Below, piece by piece: positions 1-7,423 of a DNA stretch of 36,081 bases. The notes beneath the pieces were generated by a model. The model did not search any database, was not told the origin of the DNA, and saw only the letters and a list, made by a program, of their open reading frames with translations. Location of the stretch: the IMG/VR virus record IMGVR_UViG_3300037851_001023, positions 1 to 36,081 of that record; one strand, written 5' to 3'. Made by a program: the position numbers and the translations under genes. This DNA comes from a virus. The stretch's first letter is position 1. Each line of letters starts with the position of its first letter.

Positions 1-127
1 GACGGCGCCGTCGTCCGGCCGGGTGCGGTCGTGGTCGATGATCAGCACGTCGCCCGGCAGATAGCCGGCGAGCGCCAGCGCCCGGCCGCGAATCACCCAG
101 GGATGCCAGCCGCCCTGGCCAAGGCAG
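1..127. repeat. Terminal overlap, identical to 35955-36081 (circular-closure or assembly overlap)
   Basis: Read directly: GACGGCGCCGTCGTCCGG...GGCCAAGGCAG occurs at both ends of the window. Confidence 0.95.
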
Positions 128-450
128 AAGGCGCGCACCGCCGCCGCGCGGCGATCGGGCGAGGCCGGCATCGGCCATTCGGCGACGTCGGCATCAGCGA
201 GGCCGCCCGGCCGCACCTTGTCCGCCTCGACACCGGCCAGCGCGTAGACGTCGGCCGGGTTGATGCCGCGCGGCCCGAGGACGGCCGCGATCTTGTCGGC
301 CAACGCCATCGGCAGCGGCTTGTCGCGGTTGCGTTCATAGTACTGGTAGGCGTTGCCGACCAGACCGAGGGCGCGGCCGAACGCCCGGCCGCTCTCGAAC
401 CCTGCGCGTTCACGCAGTTGCCGGAGCTTCGATGCCGTGGTGTCTGCCAT
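1..450 (-). CDS. CI/LexA-like phage repressor, first 150 codons (XRE-type HTH, linker, start of S24-like domain). Continues across the junction into 35954..35775.
   Basis: Hand translation from ATG at 450: MADTTASKLRQLRERAGFESGRAFGRALGLVGNAYQYYERNRDKPLPMALADKIAAVLG...WVIRGRALALAGYLPGDVLIIDHD. In frame with ORF 35775..36050 through the repeat. Not in the ORF track because it runs off the window edge. Confidence 0.85.
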   Translation of the reverse strand, partial: MADTTASKLRQLRERAGFESGRAFGRALGLVGNAYQYYERNRDKPLPMALADKIAAVLGPRGINPADVYALAGVEADKVRPGGLADADVAEWPMPASPDRRAAAVRAFCLGQGGWHPWVIRGRALALAGYLPGDVLIIDHDRTRPDDGAV

Positions 451-567
451 TGTCGCCCTGCCGCATGGTAACGGCGTTGCCCCCACGGCTGAGTATACAC
501 ACCGCGGCATTCGGGGCGCCGATAAAGAAACGTTGACAGCCGATAACGACTTTATCAGAGTATCGGC
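451..567. promoter_or_regulatory. Divergent repressor/cro switch region with operator half-sites and promoter elements
   Basis: GCCGATAA at 518-525 and 539-546 (21 bp apart). TTATC at 552-556 and TATCGGC at 561-567 in inverted orientation. TTGACA at 533-538 (plus strand). TATACT on the minus strand at 492-497. Confidence 0.6.
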
Positions 568-810
568 ATGAATTATGTCACGCGCATCACAGGGATGTTC
601 CCGACGCTGCAGGCGGCGGCGCTCGCCGCCGGCCTGCGGCAGCACGGCACCGTCCGCAACTGGCTGCGCCGCGGCGAGATCCCGCAGCGCCACCATGCCC
701 GCCTCGCCGCCGCCGTCCTCGAGCTGCACGGCATTCAGCTGACGGCCGCCGATTTCTCCGACCTGCCGGCAGCGCCCAGCGCCGACACCGAGCAAAGGAC
801 CGCGGCATGA
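568..810 (+). CDS. Cro/YdaS-like HTH regulator
   Basis: 80 aa, divergent from the repressor. Contains GTVRNWLRRGEIP, typical of small Cro-type HTH proteins. Stop overlaps the next start (ATGA). Confidence 0.8.
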   Translation: MNYVTRITGMFPTLQAAALAAGLRQHGTVRNWLRRGEIPQRHHARLAAAVLELHGIQLTAADFSDLPAAPSADTEQRTAA

Positions 811-1088
811 ACACGCCGCCGGCCGCCGGATCCGCCGATGCCGCCCGGGTGTTGTGGCTGATGGTGTTGCGGGAAGGCATCCGCGACGCGCTCTACATCG
901 GCCGCGACGACGGTTCGCGCCGCCGCCAGGACGTGGTCGCGGGCCAGGCGCGCGCCTGGATCGGCACGGCGGATTTCGACGAGGTGGTCAACCTTGCCGG
1001 CATGGATCCGCCCGGCCGCCTGCGCGGCCTGCTGCACCGGGCGTTCGCCGGCGACGAGGCGCCAAGGCCCGGGTGCTGGCCGCGGTGA
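807..1088 (+). CDS. Hypothetical early protein
   Basis: ATGA coupling to cro. Plausible composition (ARAWIGTADFDEVVNLAGMDP). Confidence 0.6.
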   Translation: MNTPPAAGSADAARVLWLMVLREGIRDALYIGRDDGSRRRQDVVAGQARAWIGTADFDEVVNLAGMDPPGRLRGLLHRAFAGDEAPRPGCWPR

Positions 1089-1131
1089 CGGGCGAGAAGC
1101 GCCGCTGTCGCGCCATGATGGCGGGTGCGGC

Positions 1132-1305
1132 ATGAGCGCGCGCTGCCCGCGGTGCGGCAATCTCGGCTACGTGCCGCCGGTCGTCAACGCCGGCGGCGTT
1201 TGCGACTGGCTGGCGCCGTCATGGCCGCCGCTGACCCATAACCACGAACCGTGGCCGGAGTGCCCGGCCTGTGCCGCCGCCGAGGCGGCGGAGGCCGCGG
1301 CATGA
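1132..1305 (+). CDS. Small zinc-ribbon protein (CxxC...CxxC)
   Basis: MSARCPRCGNLGYV...WPECPACAAAE. Internal ATG 1132 of ORF 994..1305; the upstream part of that ORF is Arg/Gly junk. Confidence 0.6.
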   Translation: MSARCPRCGNLGYVPPVVNAGGVCDWLAPSWPPLTHNHEPWPECPACAAAEAAEAAA

Positions 1306-1532
1306 GCGAGGACTGGCGGCGGTTGTGGCGCGCGATCACCGGCGGCGTTGACCTCGGTGAACTGGATCGGCTCCGCGCCACGCTGGCCGGCGTTCTCTCC
1401 GAACTGCACGGCGACAGCTTGACGGCGGAAGAGGCGCACGCCGCCAGCGCTCCGGCGCTCGTCGCGTTCTGCGAAGGCCGCGGCATTGCCATCCGGGCGC
1501 GCGCCGCCCGGCACCCGCAACAGGACACCTGA
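1302..1532 (+). CDS. Hypothetical early protein
   Basis: ATGA overlap with the preceding stop. MSEDWRRLWRAITGG... Stop abuts the primase ATG. Confidence 0.6.
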   Translation: MSEDWRRLWRAITGGVDLGELDRLRATLAGVLSELHGDSLTAEEAHAASAPALVAFCEGRGIAIRARAARHPQQDT

Positions 1533-2600
1533 ATGACGGCCGGGCGGGCACCGATCACCGAGGTCGCGGCCGGATTGCGCCGGGTGATCGGCGATGTCGC
1601 CCGGGCGCTGTTCCCGGCAGGGCGTATCGAGGGTCGCGAGTTTGTCGTCGGCAGCGTCGCCGGTGAGGCCGGCCAGTCGCTGCGCATCCAGCTGTTCGGC
1701 CAGAACCAGGGGCTGTGGTGCGAGTTCGCCGACGGCAGCGGCGGCGATGCCCTTGACCTGGTGGCGCAGGTGCTGTTCGGCGGCGACCGGGGCGAGGCCT
1801 GGCGCTGGGGCTGTGACTTTCTCGGGCTCGACGGTGCGCCGGCCGCGCCGCTGCCGAAACGGCCGGCCGCGCCGCCGGATCCGGCTGGCGGCATAGACAG
1901 CGGCGTCCGCCGGCGCGAGTCCGCCATCGGCCTGTGGCTGGCCGCCTCGCCCGTGCTGCGCGGCTCGCCCGTCGATGCCTACCTGCAAGGCCGCGGCATC
2001 CGCCTCGCCGGCCTCGGCCGGCAGCCCGCCGCCATCCGCTACCATCCCGAACTGGCGTTCGAGGGCGGGTTCTGGCCGGCGATGGTCGCGCTGATCTGCG
2101 GCACGGGCGAAGACGACGGCCGCGCCATCGGCATCCACCGGACGTTCCTCCAGCGACTGTCCTGGGGAGGCGTGATCAAGGCGCCGCTCGGTGATCCGCC
2201 GGGCTCGGCAGCCAAGCGAATGCTGGGAGGGTCCCGCGGCGGACTGATCCCGATCTGGCGCGGCGCTTCCGGCAAGCCGATGCGCCTGGCGCCGGACGGC
2301 GAGACGTTGGCGATCGCCGAAGGGATCGAGGACGGGCTGACAGTGGCGATCGCGCGCCCGGACTGGCGGGTTGCCGCCGCGCTTTCGGCCGGCAACCTGG
2401 CGCAGCTGGCGTTGCCGAAGGCGATCGCGACCGTCGTCCTCTGCGCCGACAACGATGCGGCCGGATCTCCGGCGGCGAAAGCGCTCGACAAGGCGATCGC
2501 CCGATTCAACGGCGAAGGCCGGCGGGTGCTGGTGGCACGCGCGCCGGCCGGATCAAAGGATTTCAATGCGCTCCTCCTAAATGGAGGGGAAGCGGCATGA
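1533..2600 (+). CDS. Toprim-domain DNA primase (P4-alpha-like primase module)
   Basis: Toprim signatures AIAEGIEDG (Glu) and LCADNDAAG (DxD). 355 aa. Sits upstream of the helicase. Confidence 0.85.
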   Translation: MTAGRAPITEVAAGLRRVIGDVARALFPAGRIEGREFVVGSVAGEAGQSLRIQLFGQNQGLWCEFADGSGGDALDLVAQVLFGGDRGEAWRWGCDFLGLDGAPAAPLPKRPAAPPDPAGGIDSGVRRRESAIGLWLAASPVLRGSPVDAYLQGRGIRLAGLGRQPAAIRYHPELAFEGGFWPAMVALICGTGEDDGRAIGIHRTFLQRLSWGGVIKAPLGDPPGSAAKRMLGGSRGGLIPIWRGASGKPMRLAPDGETLAIAEGIEDGLTVAIARPDWRVAAALSAGNLAQLALPKAIATVVLCADNDAAGSPAAKALDKAIARFNGEGRRVLVARAPAGSKDFNALLLNGGEAA

Positions 2601-2612
2601 CGGGCCGCCGCG

Positions 2613-2885
2613 TCATAACTCCTCGTCGTAGGCCTCGTCCTCTTCGAGCGCGGAGAGAGAGTTCGGCCGGAGGACGTCATGCCACCGCTTTCCCCATTGA
2701 CCGTCGGGCCCGACATCTCTTACTCGGTCGTAATCGGAGTCTGGGCCGAGTCGTAAAGTCACGTGGACGACGCTGCCTTCCGCCGCGGCGCGGCGCTCGG
2801 CGCGCAACATTGCAGGCGCCAGGCCCTTTACCAATTCGGGCTGTCGGTTATTCCAAGACGTTAGAACGAATGTTGGATCGATCAC
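2613..2885 (-). CDS. Hypothetical 90-aa protein with acidic C-terminus; antisense moron inside the replication module
   Basis: Clean ORF with visibly lower GC3 than its neighbours. GGAGGG lies upstream of the ATG. Own minus-strand promoter TTGACA-N17-GATAAA at 2982-2954. Convergent with the primase gene. Confidence 0.7.
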   Translation of the reverse strand: MIDPTFVLTSWNNRQPELVKGLAPAMLRAERRAAAEGSVVHVTLRLGPDSDYDRVRDVGPDGQWGKRWHDVLRPNSLSALEEDEAYDEEL

Positions 2886-2939
2886 TTCCGTCCCTCCAGT
2901 TAAGCTGCGTCTCTGCAGCGCCCAACGGCGGGCGCTCCG

Positions 2940-2982
2940 TTATCGTCCCGCTTTTTATCGTGCCGATAATCGACGGTGTCAA
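2940..2982. promoter_or_regulatory. Palindromic operator TTATCGTGCCGATAA (2955-2969) embedded in face-to-face promoters
   Basis: Plus-strand -10 GATAAT at 2965-2970, ahead of the helicase ATG at 2988. Minus strand has -35 TTGACA (2982-2977), a 17-nt spacer and -10 GATAAA (2959-2954). Extra half-site TTATCG at 2940-2945. Confidence 0.6.
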
Positions 2983-2987
2983 GCGGC

Positions 2988-4817
2988 ATGACTGAGCCCG
3001 AAGAAAAAATTGTGCATCTCGACGCCGTCCGCCGCGCGCTCGATGCCGCGGAGCCAGTTGAGCCGGCCAATCCGGTCGAACCGCCGAAGCCGCCAAGGCC
3101 GCGGGCGGACGGTCTGCCGGACGATTGCCCGGTGATCGCTCTCGGCACCGAGGGATCGGTCTATCACTTCCTCGATCCGCTGCGGCAGCTTCGGACGGTC
3201 CCCGCCGGTAAGATGGCGCGGCTCGAGATCGAGTCATTATTTCAGCTGCATCATCACTGGTTGGAAAAGCATTGGCCGCGGTTCGCGAAGTCGGGCAAGG
3301 TCGACGGCCCGAACTACAACCAGGCGGCGCAGGAGCTGTTCGCCGCCTGCGCCCGCCGCGGCGTCTGGTCGGCGCTTGATCGCATCCGCGGCGCCGGCGC
3401 CTGGTCGGACGATGACGGCGCGCTCATTCTGCACTGCGGCGACCAGGTGCTGATCATCGACCGCGACGGCCGCGAGCGCGCCGAAGCGCCCGGCCTGATC
3501 GGCGACTGCGTCTATCCGGCCGCAGCGCCGCTGCCGCGCCCTGCTGCCGGCGTTGCTGCCGGCGCGGCGGCGGCGGAGTTGCTGGCGCTGCTGCGGACGT
3601 GGGCCTGGCGCCGGCCGGATCTGGACCCTGTCCTGCTGCTCGGCTGGATCGGCGCGGCGCTGCTTGGCGGTGCGACCAAGTGGCGGCCGCACGCATGGCT
3701 GACCGGCGGATCGGGGACCGGAAAATCGACGCTGAAAGACCGGGTGCTCGGGCCCGTGTTCGACGGCGGTTCCGTCGCCGTCTCGGACACGTCCGAGGCC
3801 GGGCTGCGCCAGGCGCTCCGCTATTCGACCCTGCCGGCGATTATCGATGAACTGGAAGCATCCGCAGACGACCGCCGCGCGCAGCAGACGATGATGCTGG
3901 CCCGGCTGTCGTCGACGGGCGGGCTCATTCTCCGCGGCGGTGCCGACCACGCCGGGCAGCAGTTCGTTACCCGGTCATGCTTTCTGATGCAGGCGATCCT
4001 GATCCCGGCGTTGTCGCCGCAGGACCGGTCCCGCGTCGCCATCCTGGAACTCAACGCGCTCGGCGACCGGCGGATGCCGCCGCTCGATGCCGGCCGGCTG
4101 CGCGAAATCGGCCGGCTGCTGCGCCGGCGCGTGGTGCAGGCCTGGCCGCGGCTGCCGGCGGTTTACGCCCGCTATGACGAGGCGCTGCGCGCGGCGGGCG
4201 GATCAGGCCCGATGGATTCGCGGGCGTCGGAAGAGTTTTCGTCGCTGCTCGCGGCCGCCGAAGTCCTCCTCTACGACGATCCGGAAGAGATGGACGCGAG
4301 CACGCGCGGCTGGGCCGATCTGGTGCGCGCGTCCGAGCCGTCGCCAGCGGAACGGGGGTGCGACGAGGATGAGCTGGTGCAGCGGATTTTGTCGACAGCT
4401 GTCGATGCCAAGCGCGACGGCGGACGGAAGACGATCGCCGAGTGGATTGCCCGCGCGCACGGCCTGACGGGGGGCGACGTCGAGGCCGCGCGGCAGATCT
4501 GCGGCACGTACGGCCTGTGGATCGGCTCGCTGACCCTGCCGGGCGGCGCCTACCCTTCCCCAGTGGTCGGTGTAGCCAACCGCCACCAAGGGCTGGCGGA
4601 ACTGTTGAAGGGTACGCACTGGGCGGCGGGCGCCAGCGGCACGCCCGTCTGGGTACAGTCGGCCAGGCGCTTTGCCAGGACGGCGGGCGGCATCGAGACG
4701 TCGCGGCCGCTCTGGGTTGGCGGCGTCGTCTGCCGCTGCGCCGTGATCCCGCTTGCCGCGATCAGGCCGCAGCCGGCGTCGCCGGATCCGGGGACGGCGG
4801 AGAGCCTGCAGATATGA
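2988..4817 (+). CDS. P-loop replicative helicase / origin-binding ATPase (SF3, P4/D5-like)
   Basis: Walker A GGSGTGKST and Walker B AIIDELE. About 609 aa. ATG 2988 preferred over GTG 2976. Confidence 0.8.
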   Translation: MTEPEEKIVHLDAVRRALDAAEPVEPANPVEPPKPPRPRADGLPDDCPVIALGTEGSVYHFLDPLRQLRTVPAGKMARLEIESLFQLHHHWLEKHWPRFAKSGKVDGPNYNQAAQELFAACARRGVWSALDRIRGAGAWSDDDGALILHCGDQVLIIDRDGRERAEAPGLIGDCVYPAAAPLPRPAAGVAAGAAAAELLALLRTWAWRRPDLDPVLLLGWIGAALLGGATKWRPHAWLTGGSGTGKSTLKDRVLGPVFDGGSVAVSDTSEAGLRQALRYSTLPAIIDELEASADDRRAQQTMMLARLSSTGGLILRGGADHAGQQFVTRSCFLMQAILIPALSPQDRSRVAILELNALGDRRMPPLDAGRLREIGRLLRRRVVQAWPRLPAVYARYDEALRAAGGSGPMDSRASEEFSSLLAAAEVLLYDDPEEMDASTRGWADLVRASEPSPAERGCDEDELVQRILSTAVDAKRDGGRKTIAEWIARAHGLTGGDVEAARQICGTYGLWIGSLTLPGGAYPSPVVGVANRHQGLAELLKGTHWAAGASGTPVWVQSARRFARTAGGIETSRPLWVGGVVCRCAVIPLAAIRPQPASPDPGTAESLQI

Positions 4818-4888
4818 TGACCCCCTCCCTGATCGCAATAAGAGAAGTCAGCCGGACTGGAAGCGCGGAGGGTCCGCCATGCGCCCGG

Positions 4889-5093
4889 CTGTTAGGTCGC
4901 TGTTAGGTGTTAAGTGCTTGAAAACAAACACACCTAACAGCCTAACTAACTAACGGCGGATTTCCTATACATGTGTGCGCGCGCGCGCGCGCATGTAGGA
5001 AGGTCTGTTAGGCTGTTAGGTTGTTAGGAATAGAGAATAAGAGAATTCTTTCAATGGCTTGGCGCCTAACAGGAACCTAACGGGGCCTAACAG
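4889..5093. repeat. Iteron array (CTGTTAGG / CCTAACAG, 7 perfect plus 4 degenerate copies) flanking a (GC)8 palindrome; candidate ori or cos/pac
   Basis: Forward copies at 4889, 4900, 5005 and 5013. Reverse copies at 4933, 5065 and 5086. Degenerate copies at 4908, 4941, 5021 and 5076. Central TACAT-GTGT-(GC)8-ATGTA at 4968-4997. A/T-rich spacers. Confidence 0.85.
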
Positions 5094-5128
5094 GCAGCCG
5101 AGCGGCGACGAAGGGAATATTTCTGCGG

Positions 5129-5713
5129 ATGGTAAAGGCGTCGGAGATTGAGGCGGCGGTCGATGATCTGGCGGGCGATCCGCCGCCGGAACAGATGACG
5201 CTTGCGGATGTCGACGGGCTTCTCGCCGGCCTCGCCGCGCCGGTGAAGCGCCGTGGCCGCGGCCGGCCGCCGGGCGCCCGCAACCGGCGAACGACGGACA
5301 TGCTCGAATATTTGGAACGGTCCGGCTATGCGCCGCCAATGCTGCGCCTGGCGCGTATCGCCGCTGCCGATACCAAGACGCTCGCGACGTCGCTGCGTTG
5401 TCGGATCGCCGAAGCGTTCGACCGGCAGCAGGCCGCGCTGATCGCGCTCCTTCCCTACTGGCATCAGAAGCTGCCGATCGCGGCCGAAATCGAGGCTAAA
5501 GGGGCATTAGCGGTGTACGTGGGGCAGCCTCCGGCCGGCGGCAGCGACGCCGGCGGCGGCTCAGCGCCGGTCCAGCTGCTCGGCGAGGCCATCGCCCGGG
5601 CCATCGGCCTCGGCACCGAGGAGAATGAGGCGGATCAAGGGGTTACGGTCATCGACGGCACGCCAGTTGGAACGGACGAGTTGGAAGACGATGCGAAACG
5701 CGTTGATTTATAA
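5129..5713 (+). CDS. terS: Putative terminase small subunit
   Basis: Lies immediately upstream of terL. Basic RGRGRPPGARNRRT segment, LLPYWHQKL motif and acidic tail. Confidence 0.55.
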   Translation: MVKASEIEAAVDDLAGDPPPEQMTLADVDGLLAGLAAPVKRRGRGRPPGARNRRTTDMLEYLERSGYAPPMLRLARIAAADTKTLATSLRCRIAEAFDRQQAALIALLPYWHQKLPIAAEIEAKGALAVYVGQPPAGGSDAGGGSAPVQLLGEAIARAIGLGTEENEADQGVTVIDGTPVGTDELEDDAKRVDL

Positions 5714-5865
5714 GGCGTCGCGTCAGATCGGTCCGCTGATTATGCATCAGCCGCCGGACGCCGTCATGGCTGTCGACCGCCGCTTCCGCGCCGGCCGGCC
5801 GGAATCGACGGGGGGGGCCCCCCCGCCTGCCGCCACCGCGCACGGAGGGGCGTTGCGCTTGGGAT

Positions 5866-5884
5866 TTTTTATCGTGGCGATACC
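5866..5884. promoter_or_regulatory. Third, imperfect copy of the palindromic operator (TTTTTATCGTGGCGATACC), about 50 bp upstream of terL
   Basis: Matches the 2952-2970 element at all but three positions, including the 5' T-run. Confidence 0.45.
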
Positions 5885-5932
5885 CTTTGCACGCACGCCG
5901 GCGGTAAGGGAAAATCCGCAGCGGGGGATCGG

Positions 5933-7423
5933 GTGAACGAGCGCATTGCCTTTCTCGATCCGTGGCCGCGCGACAAGGTGCTGGCGGCTTATGCGAAGTC
6001 GTGGCCGCGCTCGGCGGCCTCGCCCTCGGGTGCCGCCGGCATCACCGGCCCGATCGGCTCGGGCAAGACGCGGGCGACCTTCAACAAGTTGGCGGCGCTG
6101 GCGATGGCGATGCCGCCGTCGCCCGTCGACGGCATTCGCCGCTTTCGCCTGATCACGCTGCGCACCAGCTACCCGGAACTCTGGCGCACAACGATCCCGA
6201 CCTGGAACAAGGTATTTCCTCCCGGCCTCTATCCCGGGTTCGTCGGCTCGAAAGACCGCCCGGCCCAGCACGTGCTGCGGCTGCAGATGGGCGACGGGTT
6301 GTTGGAGTTCGATGCGCAGTTCCTGGCGCCCGGCGAAGACGCCGACATGGAGGCGTTCTTCTCCGGCCTTGAGGCGACCTGCATCTACCTCAACGAACTT
6401 GCGACCTTCCCGGGTCCGGAGACGGTGACGTGGGCCGTCGGCCGCTGCGGCCGCTACCCGGACCGCAGCCACGGTTCGCCGCCCTGGTTCGGCGTCGTCT
6501 TCGATGCCAACAAAGGCGATGTCGACAGCTGGATGCACGACTGGCTGCAGGAACCGCGGCCGGCGTTCGCGTGGTTCGACCAGCCCTCCGGCCTGTCGCC
6601 CGCCGCCGAAAACCTCGCCAACCTGCCGGAGGGGTATTACGCCCGCTTCGCCAACGACCCGACCGTCGAGCAAGGCTGGTTCCGGCGGATGGTGCTGAAC
6701 GAGTGGGCGCCGTCCAGGAGCGGCCGGCCGGTGTACGAAACCTTCGACGACCGCCGCCACATGTCGCCCGTGCCGCTGGTGCCGCGGCCGGAGTACGGCC
6801 TGGTGCTCGGTGCCGACGGCGGGCGCCGGCCGGCGGTGATCGTGCTGCAGTGGCTGCCGATCGGCCGATGGCTGGTGCTCGACGAAATTATTGAGGTCAA
6901 CATGGGCGCCGGTCAGCTTGCCGCCCTGGTCAACCGCCGTCTGCGCACCCGCTTTCCCGCCTGGCCGGCATCGCGCATTGAGTGCTGGGCGGATCCGTCG
7001 ACCGACATGCCGGGCGAGGCGAGCGAGGACACCTGGCTCCGGGTGATGCGGGCCGAGACCGGTCTCAGCTGGCGCGTCGCCCCCGGCGGCAACGCCTGGA
7101 CGCCGCGCTACGAGGCGGTCGACAACGTGCTGCGTGGCACCGCCGACGACGGCGGCCCGGCCATCCTGATCGATCCGCGCTGCCGCATGGTGCGCGGCGG
7201 CCTTGCCAGCAAGTACCACTTTCCAAAGTTCTCCGCCGGCGGCGAGACCCGTTACGGCGCCAAGCCGGTCAAGAACGACTGGTCGCATCCGATCGAGGGG
7301 TTGCAATACGGCCTGCTCGGCGGCGGTGAATATCTGGCGGTGATGGGCCGCCGCCGAGATCGCACCCAGGCGTCCGCGCCGATCACCGCCGCCACTGACT
7401 TCAACCCGCTGGGGGGGTGGTGA
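5933..7423 (+). CDS. terL: Terminase large subunit
   Basis: Walker A GPIGSGKT and Walker B-like CIYLNE. Nuclease-type acidic motifs LGADGG and CWADPS. GTG start preceded by GGGGGA. Confidence 0.9.
   Translation: MNERIAFLDPWPRDKVLAAYAKSWPRSAASPSGAAGITGPIGSGKTRATFNKLAALAMAMPPSPVDGIRRFRLITLRTSYPELWRTTIPTWNKVFPPGLYPGFVGSKDRPAQHVLRLQMGDGLLEFDAQFLAPGEDADMEAFFSGLEATCIYLNELATFPGPETVTWAVGRCGRYPDRSHGSPPWFGVVFDANKGDVDSWMHDWLQEPRPAFAWFDQPSGLSPAAENLANLPEGYYARFANDPTVEQGWFRRMVLNEWAPSRSGRPVYETFDDRRHMSPVPLVPRPEYGLVLGADGGRRPAVIVLQWLPIGRWLVLDEIIEVNMGAGQLAALVNRRLRTRFPAWPASRIECWADPSTDMPGEASEDTWLRVMRAETGLSWRVAPGGNAWTPRYEAVDNVLRGTADDGGPAILIDPRCRMVRGGLASKYHFPKFSAGGETRYGAKPVKNDWSHPIEGLQYGLLGGGEYLAVMGRRRDRTQASAPITAATDFNPLGGW

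Noticed and set aside
31-500. ORFs 31..471 (+), 93..500 (-) and 353..571 (+) offered by the track across the repressor region
   Set aside because: All read as junk. The third minus frame, which runs off the window edge, encodes a clean XRE-HTH/S24-like repressor that continues at 35954.
2598-2626. Short inverted repeat ATGACG-ggccgc-CGTCAT between the convergent primase and moron genes, as a bidirectional terminator
   Set aside because: Only a 6-bp stem, no U-tracts, and it overlaps both stop codons. Too weak to call.
4889-5093. Could the short repeats be a CRISPR array?
   Set aside because: The repeat unit is only 8 bp, occurs in both orientations, has no regular spacers of 25-40 bp, and there are no cas genes. 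This fits protein-binding iterons instead.
5742-5936. 64-aa ORF filling the terS-terL gap and ending in a GTGA overlap with terL
   Set aside because: Not called as a feature. It has no SD, and it contains the G8C7 tract and the operator-like palindrome. GC3 richness alone is weak evidence in this genome. Left as an open question in the findings.
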